From NCBI GenBank assembly GCA_040830765.1, contig JBFOMH010000027.1:37273-101272 (forward strand): a DNA stretch of 64,000 bases, written 5' to 3'. Shown piece after piece: positions 18,281 to 27,260 of this stretch. The notes beneath the pieces were generated by a model. The model had not been told where the DNA came from. It did not search any database and saw only the letters and a program-made list of their open reading frames with translations. How positions within the stretch are numbered: position 1 is the first letter of the stretch; each line of letters begins with the position of its first letter. The translations under genes and the position numbers were made by a program. Source of the DNA: Puniceicoccaceae bacterium (GTDB lineage: Bacteria; Verrucomicrobiota; Verrucomicrobiia; Opitutales; Oceanipulchritudinaceae).

Positions 18281-19141
18281 ATGGCATATTGGGTCCACGA
18301 CCTTAATCCGGTTATCTTTCAATTCACCGAGACCATCGCCATCCGCTGGTACGGACTTTCCTACGTCTCCGGTTTCCTGATCGCATTTTTCCTGCTTGGC
18401 CTTTACTGGAAGAAGGGCCGGTCGGTTCTCAATCCGCGAATGCAGGAAAGCCTTGCCATGGCCCTCATCATCGGGGTCGTCATTGGTGGGCGGCTGGGAT
18501 ATTTCCTCCTCTATGAAGGGGCAAACTTCCTGCGTGATCCCCTGATCTTCTTCCAGGTCTGGGAGGGTGGTATGTCGAGCCATGGTGGCTTTGTGGGAGC
18601 AATCCTGGGCGGCCTTTGGGTGGCGCGAAAATTCGCCATCAACCCATTCCAGATAGGTGACATCGTGGCCTCAGTGACCGCTCCGGGACTGATGCTGGGC
18701 CGAATGGCTAACTTTATTAACGGGGAGCTGTGGGGGAAGGTCACCGAGGTCCCCTGGGCGGTCATTTTTCCCGGTAGCGCCCCCGTGGGTATGCCGGTGG
18801 AACTCATCGCGGCAAGGCATCCCTCACAACTCTACCAGGCTTTCCTGGAGGGATTCCTCCTCCTCGTCTTCATGCAATGGCGCTTCTGGAGCGTCAAGGG
18901 GAGGGGACCAGCGGCCGAGACGGCCCCATATCCCTCTGCCCGTCCCGGCCACTTGATGGGCGAATTCCTCATCGGCTACAGTCTCATGCGGATGCTTGGG
19001 GAACTATTCCGCGAGCCCGATGCCGCCTTGATAGCGGGAATGAGCCGGGGATCCTTTTACTCCATATTCCTTCTGTTGGCCGGAATCGTCCTGATTTTCC
19101 TTGTGCGCCGCAGACAGTTGACAAATTCCCGAAGTCAGTAA
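18281..19141 (+). CDS. lgt: Prolipoprotein diacylglyceryl transferase
   Basis: IRWYGL, GGRLGY, WEGGMSSHGG, GRMANFINGELWG, RHPSQLY, ELFREPD. Confidence 0.96.
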   Translation: MAYWVHDLNPVIFQFTETIAIRWYGLSYVSGFLIAFFLLGLYWKKGRSVLNPRMQESLAMALIIGVVIGGRLGYFLLYEGANFLRDPLIFFQVWEGGMSSHGGFVGAILGGLWVARKFAINPFQIGDIVASVTAPGLMLGRMANFINGELWGKVTEVPWAVIFPGSAPVGMPVELIAARHPSQLYQAFLEGFLLLVFMQWRFWSVKGRGPAAETAPYPSARPGHLMGEFLIGYSLMRMLGELFREPDAALIAGMSRGSFYSIFLLLAGIVLIFLVRRRQLTNSRSQ

Positions 19142-19151
19142 CCTTTCCCAC

Positions 19152-19487
19152 ATGGAAATCGTTGCTTACCTGAAACCAACCTGTGGCTGGAGTAATGGCG
19201 TTCGGGCCATTTTCCAGAAGTACAACCTCTCCTACGAGGAGAAGGATATCATCAATAGCGCAGAGAACTACGCCGAGATGGTTCAGCGTTCGGGCCAGCC
19301 GCTCTCACCCTGTGTGGTGGTCGATGGTGTCATGCTGGCCGACGTCAGTGGTGAAGAAGTGGAAAATTACCTTCTTTCCAACGAGTTGGTCTCCCCCAGC
19401 GAGTCCCAGACGGATGTCCCCACCAATGCCCCTTGCACGGACGAGGAGCATGAACAGATGCGCTCCAAGACCATCCGGTTCTTCTAG
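19152..19487 (+). CDS. Monothiol glutaredoxin-like protein
   Basis: YLKPTCGWS, RSGQPLSPCVVVDG. Confidence 0.8.
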   Translation: MEIVAYLKPTCGWSNGVRAIFQKYNLSYEEKDIINSAENYAEMVQRSGQPLSPCVVVDGVMLADVSGEEVENYLLSNELVSPSESQTDVPTNAPCTDEEHEQMRSKTIRFF

Positions 19488-20734
19488 TCCGAAGGTGCCT
19501 TGGTTTCTGAGGCTGCAAATACAGCTTCGGCTACCCGCTTACCCGAGTCCAATCCGTCATCGCCGCTGAACAGGTAATGGATGCCGCCGTAGACGCGGCT
19601 CCAGCTGATTTCCACTGCACATGCCCATAAGCTTGTGAATTCTCGCGTATGGCCGGGTACGGAGTCACTTCTCGTTGAGAATGCGAGGTCATCTGTCCCG
19701 AAGTACAATTGCAGAAACCGCGCCGCTGCTCCACTGAAGCTACTGTGCCCGGAGGGGTATTCCGGGTGGGGTGGGGATTCCAGATAGGAGTTCCATGAAG
19801 TGTCGGGCTCGGTCTGGCTGTTGCCATCCCGTTCGGCCTCGTAAATCGCGGTGATCGGGCGCCAGAAGTTGAACCGGTACTTTGCTTCCCAGCAGACAAT
19901 TCCGGCATCAAGCATGGCCGTGTTCAGCCATGCCAGAAGGTGCGCTTCCTCCATCAAGGAGTAGTCCCGCTGGCGGGCGATTCCTGAGGCAATCTGGTTC
20001 CAGTGCCCGGGGGGGGTGATGGTATAGCTGAAATCCGACCAGAAGCGCGCGATGATGGACTGTTCCTCGGTTCTCAACTCGCTTTCCTTCGCCCCGATGG
20101 TATGAACCTGGTGCAGCGCCGTGGCCCAGTCGGCAGAGGTCATGTCGGGAGGTCCGGGAGGGAGGAAACTCTCAAGCTCTTCGATGACGTAGGGCCTGAC
20201 ATGACGCGCATGGGGTAATTCCGGCGGCCGGTAGGAAGGGGGTGTCCGTCTCCACTGACCGGGCTCGTCCCGGGGAACATAGGTCAGGCTCCCGCTGAGA
20301 CGGTCATCCTCCCGGGCCTTGAGATGTGCGATGGCACAGCGCTGGCCAATCGCCCGGGCCCTTTGCAGGACGTCGGGTTCTGCGGAAGCTGTCTGGTCCT
20401 CCAGAAGCCTGTCGAAGAGGGGCCTGGATGAAGGGAAGAGCGCGAGAGTGGCTGTGTGGGCCGCATAGGCGGCTGCCAGCTGCGGAGGGGGAGGATTTGC
20501 TTCCTCCTGATCCAGCTCATCCATGAAAAAGGGATAGGGAGCATCCGGACTGCACTGCAGGGCGGCATCAAAGGCTGCCTGGTGGACAATTGCCAGATTC
20601 CTGACCAGCAGGAGCGGGGGTGGTGTCTGCGGGCGGATGGCGGCCAAAATGGCCCCATTCCATTCAACCATGGTATTCCCGGGCAAGGAAGTGGCAGCAG
20701 TGAAGACCAGCAGTATCGGCAGGAACAACTTCAC
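19484..20734 (-). CDS. Secreted vanadium-dependent haloperoxidase / PAP2-superfamily protein
   Basis: Signal peptide; WEAKYRFNFWRP, PPHPEYPSGHS, SRVYGGIHY, TPPGHWNQIA. Confidence 0.85.
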   Translation of the reverse strand: MKLFLPILLVFTAATSLPGNTMVEWNGAILAAIRPQTPPPLLLVRNLAIVHQAAFDAALQCSPDAPYPFFMDELDQEEANPPPPQLAAAYAAHTATLALFPSSRPLFDRLLEDQTASAEPDVLQRARAIGQRCAIAHLKAREDDRLSGSLTYVPRDEPGQWRRTPPSYRPPELPHARHVRPYVIEELESFLPPGPPDMTSADWATALHQVHTIGAKESELRTEEQSIIARFWSDFSYTITPPGHWNQIASGIARQRDYSLMEEAHLLAWLNTAMLDAGIVCWEAKYRFNFWRPITAIYEAERDGNSQTEPDTSWNSYLESPPHPEYPSGHSSFSGAAARFLQLYFGTDDLAFSTRSDSVPGHTREFTSLWACAVEISWSRVYGGIHYLFSGDDGLDSGKRVAEAVFAASETKAPSD

Positions 20735-20738
20735 AGTC

Positions 20739-21887
20739 TCAAATGCCGGTCATTTTCACCGTCAGCCGGATGAGGCGATTGGGTTCGGAACCCGTTGTCA
20801 CAGGATGCAGGTCCCTCGTCTTGACCTCCCGTTTGCTGTCCACCATTTCCGAGCTCATTTCCTCGGTATTGCCTTCGCCACTGGACCAGGTTGCGCCGCC
20901 ATCCCCGGAGACTTCAACCATAAAGATGATATCATCGGCACCAGGATTGGCCCGGTAGGTGAGCGTAGCGTAACTTTCCTGATTCAGGCCGATTAATCCC
21001 ACCTCCGGCAGATCCTCGAAGTCGAACTCCCTCGGATTCAGCCCGAGGGCATATTCAAGCAGGTTGGGAATGGTGTCACCGTCCGGATCCGAGGCCAGTC
21101 CGCCAATGCGGTTGTCAGCCTGTTCAGCCGGAGTGAAGTTGGCATCCCGCCAGCCGACAAAGGGTGGGGGGCCAATCTGGATGGTAACCGGCAGGGAGGC
21201 CGTCTGGGTTCCTCCGGAGGAGACGGCAATGGCGGTCAGGGCGACAGCCCCTGATCCGGCAGCTGTCCAAGTCGCGGTGTAGGGAGCAGCCGTGTCGATG
21301 GAAAGGCTCTCTCCATCGATCTGGAACTCAACCGAGGTAATGCTGCCGTCGTAATCAATCGCCACGGCGCTGAGCCCGACATTACTGGAAGCGGAATACC
21401 GCTTGCCCTCGGCGGGCGAGGTAATGGCGATATAGGGGGCCCAGGCAATGGCCACCTCGGTCCCGGTGAGGTCGGAGATGATGACGTTGGAAAAGCTGAG
21501 GGCACGACTTCCTTCGGGAACTTCCGAGAGGAGGTTAATCTCCATGTCAGCAACCATCCCGTCGCCAAGTACCGCATTTGTATTGGAAATAACCACTACA
21601 CGGGTTTGTCCGCTGGCGACTGTTTCAAAGTCCAGGATATGTCCTGCGGCAGCGATCCCCTGCCTGACATCGGATAACTCGACCACTGCTGGATCGTAGA
21701 ACATGTCAAACTGCAGGGCGGTGATGCCGTCACCAGACCGAACCTCCATCGGGACCGAAAGGGTCTCGTTGGCCAGGCCGCTGGAGGGTCCCAGGTGCAG
21801 GGTGGTTGCCCCACTGGCCGGAAAGGCCGCCAACGCTACTGTCGCGAGAGCGGCTAGAGCAGTCCGGATGTTACGATTAGGCTTCAT
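20739..21887 (-). CDS. Secreted cohesin-domain protein with an Ig-like domain and a C-terminal DPDGD..NLLEYALG domain
   Basis: Signal peptide; TLSVPMEV..GITALQFDMFYDPAVVELSDV..G (cohesin-like); ITSPAEG..AIDYDGSITSVEF..DTAAPYTATW (Ig); DPDGDTIPNLLEYALGLNP. Confidence 0.75.
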   Translation of the reverse strand: MKPNRNIRTALAALATVALAAFPASGATTLHLGPSSGLANETLSVPMEVRSGDGITALQFDMFYDPAVVELSDVRQGIAAAGHILDFETVASGQTRVVVISNTNAVLGDGMVADMEINLLSEVPEGSRALSFSNVIISDLTGTEVAIAWAPYIAITSPAEGKRYSASSNVGLSAVAIDYDGSITSVEFQIDGESLSIDTAAPYTATWTAAGSGAVALTAIAVSSGGTQTASLPVTIQIGPPPFVGWRDANFTPAEQADNRIGGLASDPDGDTIPNLLEYALGLNPREFDFEDLPEVGLIGLNQESYATLTYRANPGADDIIFMVEVSGDGGATWSSGEGNTEEMSSEMVDSKREVKTRDLHPVTTGSEPNRLIRLTVKMTGI

Positions 21888-21916
21888 GTTTGATTGGACA
21901 ACTTGGATACGCTACT

Positions 21917-24061
21917 TCAATTGGCAGTGAACTGGGCGAAAGCCTCCAGCGTTCCAACTCCTGAAGGAATGACACCGGAGACAATGGCGGTTCCCCCGGT
22001 CATGGTGGCAGTTCCCGCGGTGGGCAGGGATACGGAACCCCCGGCGAAGTTAACCGTGACTGTTATGGAGGTGCCATCCGGGACATTGCTCCCTTCAACA
22101 ACCACATTGACTGTGCCGCCGTTGCTGAACACGACATCCGGAGTGGCGGTACTGCCCGAAGGGGGTTGGCTGACGGCTTCCCCGTCGACGGAAGAAATAC
22201 TCAGGCTGGGCTGGGAGGCCAGGAAGGCGGCAAAATTTTCCGCGACCGGGGAACTGGAGGACGGCTCGTTGGTGTGGGCATTGTTCTCCAGCGGGCGCTC
22301 GTAGGCTTCGAGACGGATTCGTCCAAGGTGGACGCCGCCGTTGTTGTCGCCACCGCGGACATCGATGAAGCCCGTTCCCAGCAAGCGGTCCGCGACCAGC
22401 TTGACCGCGCCACCGGAACCAATACCGGAATAGTCGTCAATGGTCCCGGAATTGTCATAGATCCGGTTGCCTCCCTTGGCACGGATTTCCCCGTTCAGGA
22501 TAATGTCCCGCGAGGATGCTATCAGAATAGCTCCACCGCCGCCGCCACCGCCGCTGCCATTTTCGGTCTCGATAGAGGGGGTCCCTCCACCTCCGGAACC
22601 GCCGATTAGCGGAATGATGAAATTGTTGCCATAGGTATTGTAGTGGGTCCCCCAACCACCACTGTCGAGGCTGTTATCGAACGGGCTAGTCCCGGCTGTG
22701 CCACCTCCCGGTCCTTGTCCCGGGGAGCCGGCATAGGAGCCAGAGTTGTTGAAGGCAATGCCCCCAAGTCCTCCGTCAAAGCCACCGGGACCCCCTTCGG
22801 CCACCTCGAGGTCGAGGGTCGTGGCAAAGCCGTTTTGTCCGGATACATTGACCACCCCGTCGATGGTCACATTGCCGGTGGCCAGCCAGACGACCGGCGT
22901 GTTGGCGGCATTCTTGGTGAAAATAACCGTCACGTTGGCAGGGACGTCTATTGTCGTGAAATTGTAGATTCCGGTAAGGTTGTCCCGCATATCAATGTAA
23001 TAGTTCCCTCCGATCACGTGATTCCAGTTGGTCCCATCAAAAGCATATGTAACACGGGTATAGTTCGAGTCTCTCAGGAAACCTGCGATGTGCAGGATCC
23101 GGTTCAATGACCCTCCGTGGTAAACCATCGCCGAGTGATAGAAATTCCTTGGTTGGATTTCGAAGGGATAGAGGAGGGGAAAAACTTCACTCCAGCCAAC
23201 CCCGTCCTCGAATACCCATGTACCCCTGTAGTTGGCATTGTTGGAGCCACCACGCATGACGACCACTTCGTTAACAGGGTCGTAGGCCATGCTGTGGTCT
23301 TGCCGGCCTGGAGGAGCAATCGCTGAAGAAATGATGGACCATTCCGACCCGTCCCATCCCCAAGTGTCGCTTCGACCGTTATACCCGCCATACATGAATA
23401 TACGGCTGTTCTTGCCGTTCCAGCACATGGCATGCTCGCTCCGTGTAGCCGGGCTTGTGGAAGGGGTTTTCTGGGTCCATAGCGTGCCATTCCAGACCCA
23501 GGTATCATTGATGTAACTCCCGTTGTAACCTCCAAAAAGGACAACTTCCTGCCGGAGAGGATCGTAGGCCATAGCTGTGCCTTCGCGGGGAGTCGGGCTG
23601 AGGACCGGTGACTTGTTGGTCCACGTACCATCCTTCCAGACCCAGGTGTCATTCATCCGGCTACTGCCGTTGAAGCCGCCGAATAGGACAACTTCCCCTC
23701 GGGCAGCGTCATAGGCCATGGCATGATTTCTTCGGGCCGGTGGAGAGGCAACGGGTGTACGGGGAGACCATGTGGTCCCGTCGAAGGTCCAGGTGTCAGC
23801 CAGATAAGTATTGGTAAATCCTCCAAAGACCACTGTCTCGTCGTTAAGTTCGTCGTAAGCTGCAGCGTGGAAGTAGCGGCTCGATAGCGCCACCGGGATG
23901 ACCAATGCACCGTCTGTGCCATTCGATCCACTGCTGAATGGCAGGTCATCCTGTGCCTCAAGGGAAAGGCCTCCCATCGCAAGGGCCATTGTCACGATAA
24001 CGGTGACGGCATCTCTGGTGGAATAGCGGTGTAGGTTCTTGATGGTGCTTATCGGATTCAT
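21917..24061 (-). CDS. Secreted Kelch-repeat beta-propeller plus Gly-rich domain protein
   Basis: Six repeats of R..HAMAYD....VVLFGG....DTW.WDG..W; Gly-rich GGPGGFDGG, GGSGGGG, GGGGGGAILIAS and GSGGAVKL motifs. Confidence 0.8.
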   Translation of the reverse strand: MNPISTIKNLHRYSTRDAVTVIVTMALAMGGLSLEAQDDLPFSSGSNGTDGALVIPVALSSRYFHAAAYDELNDETVVFGGFTNTYLADTWTFDGTTWSPRTPVASPPARRNHAMAYDAARGEVVLFGGFNGSSRMNDTWVWKDGTWTNKSPVLSPTPREGTAMAYDPLRQEVVLFGGYNGSYINDTWVWNGTLWTQKTPSTSPATRSEHAMCWNGKNSRIFMYGGYNGRSDTWGWDGSEWSIISSAIAPPGRQDHSMAYDPVNEVVVMRGGSNNANYRGTWVFEDGVGWSEVFPLLYPFEIQPRNFYHSAMVYHGGSLNRILHIAGFLRDSNYTRVTYAFDGTNWNHVIGGNYYIDMRDNLTGIYNFTTIDVPANVTVIFTKNAANTPVVWLATGNVTIDGVVNVSGQNGFATTLDLEVAEGGPGGFDGGLGGIAFNNSGSYAGSPGQGPGGGTAGTSPFDNSLDSGGWGTHYNTYGNNFIIPLIGGSGGGGTPSIETENGSGGGGGGGAILIASSRDIILNGEIRAKGGNRIYDNSGTIDDYSGIGSGGAVKLVADRLLGTGFIDVRGGDNNGGVHLGRIRLEAYERPLENNAHTNEPSSSSPVAENFAAFLASQPSLSISSVDGEAVSQPPSGSTATPDVVFSNGGTVNVVVEGSNVPDGTSITVTVNFAGGSVSLPTAGTATMTGGTAIVSGVIPSGVGTLEAFAQFTAN

Positions 24062-24119
24062 GGGTCGGTCCTTTTGATGGGTTAAATTGCTTTCAATGAT
24101 GTGTAGGCAGGTGGATCAA

Positions 24120-26837
24120 TCAGTTGTTATCGTAACTTACGCCGGAGCTGGCCACGTCGACACGGGTACCGGGCGGAAATTCGAAATCAGTCATATTGCT
24201 GTAGGAACTGGCAGTGGACTTGAGGAAGACAGAAATACTGGTGGGCACCTGGAATGGCTGGTCGTTGTAGTAACTGTAGGGACTGGAGCTAATCCGGAAA
24301 TCGATGTTGCCATAGATTCCGTAGGCATTTGCGTTCATGAAGGAAGCAGGGAATGAGCTGATACCGAGCAATGGGCGGCTTGCCGGATCGGAAGGATCGC
24401 TGTTTTCCGCGACCTCCCCGGCATCGTCGTAGCCATCGTTGTCGGTGTCCGGGTCGAAAGGATCGGAGTTGGCCGCGAACTCCTCCTTGTTCAGCAAACC
24501 GTCATTGTCGAAGTCCTCATCCCCGTCCTTGATTGTGTTGTCGTCGGAATCCTCATCCTGGGGGTCGGTGCCGTAAAGGATCTCTGCGGTATTGGTGAGG
24601 CCGTCCGCGTCGTTATCCTCCTCGCCATCGAGAAGTCCATCCCCATCCGTGTCCGGATTGAAAGGATCCATACCGAGGATGACTTCCACGTTGTCCGGCA
24701 GGCCATCGAGATCGCTGTCCTCAAATCCGGCCTGGGTAAAGCGGGAGACAAACTCCTCGGTAAGGGCATTGCCGGCAAGGTCCTGAATGGTCTCGAGGAC
24801 CCGGATGGTATGGGTTCCTTCCTCGGCGGGACTGGCAAAATTAAAGTAGACTGTACGGGTGTCCTCATCCCATTCCAGAGAGCCATCGATTCGTTCGTCA
24901 TCCCCGTTGCCGGGGACCCCGTCCAATCCTTCGCTGAAGACGCGGACTCCCGGATTGGCGGGAGTCTCAGGGGGTGCATCCGGTGGCGGCGTCCCGAAAA
25001 TGGTGGCAGTGTCCAGGACTTCACTGAAGGTGATGGCGATGGTGGAAAGTTCCCCGACAATGGCATTGTTGCGGGGAATGACATTCATGACGAAAGGTGG
25101 TGTCCCGTCCGGTGTCAGGAGGATGATGATTTCTTCCGCCCGGGCGATGTTGCCCCCGGTGTCGGTAGCGACTGCTTCAATTGTGAACCGGTCCTTGGTG
25201 GCTGTGATGAGCGGGGTAGGGAAGCGGAATTCAAAGGGGAAATTCCCATCGATGAAGCGGGACTCGCCATCGATGATAAATTCAACATTTCGGACCTGGA
25301 TATCATCACCAACCCGTGCCGTAGCGGTCATGACCTTCCCTTCCTCGAACTGATTCTCGATAGCGTCGGTGACCAGTTCGATGCTGGGTGGGATTCCCCC
25401 GGAGTCATAAGGCAGGTAGTTGAGGACGAGCAGGTTGCCATTTTGCTGGCCGGCCTTCCAGTCCGTCACGTAAGCCAGCCCATTGAAAATAGCAACGGAG
25501 CGTGCGATATCCGGTGTTTCAAAGATAACCACGAGTTCGGAAAGCTCGCCGTTGTCCCCAATTTCATAGAGGGTGACATTCTGGGGGCCGTCGAGGGCTC
25601 CATTCGCACTGACAGCTGCAACCATCAGGCCTGATCCGTTGGCAGCCCCCCATTTGAACCCAAAGACCCCGAGGTCATTGAAGCTCCGCAATTCCGGCGC
25701 CAACGGGTCATCGAGGCTAAGCGTCATGAAACCCCGCTCATGGTTGAGGACGGCAAAGGTGTCGCCGACGAAAAGCCGCCTCACATGGTTGCAGCAGGGA
25801 ACCCGGCCCTGGAGGTCCAGGCTGTGAACCGTGTTGAATTGATTAAATTTGATATCAACCGTATAAAAGCGGTTTCCGGCCACCGCATAGAGGACGTTCT
25901 TGCCCAGTCCGAGGTCGGAAACAGGATCCCCGGTGGGAAGGATTCGTGCCAGTTCGATCCCGGTATTCAAATCCACCCAGACAATAAATCCATTTGCCAG
26001 CCCGGCATAGGCCTGGTCCCCGTTGATGGCTACTGAGTGGACGGGGCTCCCCAGGTGAAGGGTGCGTTCCACTGTCGCAGAAGGAGGGTCAGTGATATCC
26101 ACCACGACCAGTCCGCCGTCACTGGCCGCCACTGCGATCAGCTCCGCGGCACAATCGACATCGCGGATTGTACCGTCGATGGGGACATCGGAGATGCGGA
26201 TCGGGTTGGCCGCTTCCGTGACGTTGAAGACCGTAATGCCGTAATTGACCTGTCCGACGATGGCGAGGTTGTTGTTGACGCAGATGGTGGTCGCTCCTTG
26301 AACCAGCCCGGCTCCGACGATACCGGTTTCAACGATAAATCCATCCAGTGGATTGAGTCCCTGGACGACTTCCGGTCCATCGCGAATTCCGTCCCCGTCG
26401 GTATCCGGATTAAAAAGATTTGTCCCGACAATGAATTCCCGGAGGTCGCTAAGGCCGTCGCCATCGGTATCGAAATCATCGAGGTCATAATACTCGTAGG
26501 CCGGGATTTCCGTATCGACTCCATTTGGGCTGGTAGTGAAATCCTGAGTCGCAACACCGAGGTTCTCAGTGTAAAGCGCGTACAGGGTGTAATTCGTATT
26601 GGGAGCGAGGATAAGATTGTTAAAGCCACCAAAGTCCATCTGTCCCTGTCTGGCGGTCCTGCCTGTATCTCGCTCGATGATGATGTAGTAGAACAGTCCC
26701 TGGTCCGAGACGGCCACCCTCTGGGCTTGCAAACCGCTCCACGCCAAGGCACTGGCCAGCGCCAGGGCAGTAGCCGTGACCAGCCGCAGATAACGGTAGT
26801 AAGGACGGCAATTGGGCTTGGTGGCAAAGCGGTTCAT
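24120..26837 (-). CDS. Secreted protein with TSP3-like Ca-binding repeats, LVIVD-type propeller, Ig-like domains and C-terminal 23-aa repeats
   Basis: Signal peptide; DTDGDGLSD..E...GT....PDTDGDG repeats near both ends; GITVFNVTEAANP, GLVVVDITDPP, GFMTLSLDDPLAP; DGTPPFVMNVIP..IAITFSE..IQDLAGNAL (Ig). Confidence 0.8.
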   Translation of the reverse strand: MNRFATKPNCRPYYRYLRLVTATALALASALAWSGLQAQRVAVSDQGLFYYIIIERDTGRTARQGQMDFGGFNNLILAPNTNYTLYALYTENLGVATQDFTTSPNGVDTEIPAYEYYDLDDFDTDGDGLSDLREFIVGTNLFNPDTDGDGIRDGPEVVQGLNPLDGFIVETGIVGAGLVQGATTICVNNNLAIVGQVNYGITVFNVTEAANPIRISDVPIDGTIRDVDCAAELIAVAASDGGLVVVDITDPPSATVERTLHLGSPVHSVAINGDQAYAGLANGFIVWVDLNTGIELARILPTGDPVSDLGLGKNVLYAVAGNRFYTVDIKFNQFNTVHSLDLQGRVPCCNHVRRLFVGDTFAVLNHERGFMTLSLDDPLAPELRSFNDLGVFGFKWGAANGSGLMVAAVSANGALDGPQNVTLYEIGDNGELSELVVIFETPDIARSVAIFNGLAYVTDWKAGQQNGNLLVLNYLPYDSGGIPPSIELVTDAIENQFEEGKVMTATARVGDDIQVRNVEFIIDGESRFIDGNFPFEFRFPTPLITATKDRFTIEAVATDTGGNIARAEEIIILLTPDGTPPFVMNVIPRNNAIVGELSTIAITFSEVLDTATIFGTPPPDAPPETPANPGVRVFSEGLDGVPGNGDDERIDGSLEWDEDTRTVYFNFASPAEEGTHTIRVLETIQDLAGNALTEEFVSRFTQAGFEDSDLDGLPDNVEVILGMDPFNPDTDGDGLLDGEEDNDADGLTNTAEILYGTDPQDEDSDDNTIKDGDEDFDNDGLLNKEEFAANSDPFDPDTDNDGYDDAGEVAENSDPSDPASRPLLGISSFPASFMNANAYGIYGNIDFRISSSPYSYYNDQPFQVPTSISVFLKSTASSYSNMTDFEFPPGTRVDVASSGVSYDNN

Positions 26838-26861
26838 GGCAATCAATTCATCAACAGGTTG

Positions 26862-27260
26862 TTATTTGGTCAGCTTCCAGCCGGATGATGTGTTAATCAG
26901 GTTCAAGGCGACGTTGACTTCACGTCCCCGGGTCACGACGAAGACTCGGACCCAAACCCGGGCAACATCCCCCTCGACGAGCTGACGCCAGGCAAAGCGT
27001 TTTTCAAGGTCAGCGTTGATGAAGACATCGAGAGCCGATTCAAGACCACCGAGGCTTTCGAGCCAGGCAAGGTACTCGGGGACCATGTAGCGGCTGCAGG
27101 TTGAGAGGTCCCCTGTCTGGATGTCCCTGACATAGGCCCCTGCCAAGGCTGCCGGACTCCCGTCAGGAGGGGGTGTTTCGGCATATTCCGACCACGGGCC
27201 AGTGGCAAAGAGCGAGGATGCAAGGAGGAGAAGAAGACTGGTCAGGATGGTTTGTTTCAT
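26862..27260 (-). CDS. Small secreted protein, possibly NTF2-like fold
   Basis: Signal peptide; SPAALAGAYVRDIQTGDL..VEGDVARVWV..LINTSSGWKL. ATGA overlap with the upstream gene. Confidence 0.6.
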   Translation of the reverse strand: MKQTILTSLLLLLASSLFATGPWSEYAETPPPDGSPAALAGAYVRDIQTGDLSTCSRYMVPEYLAWLESLGGLESALDVFINADLEKRFAWRQLVEGDVARVWVRVFVVTRGREVNVALNLINTSSGWKLTK

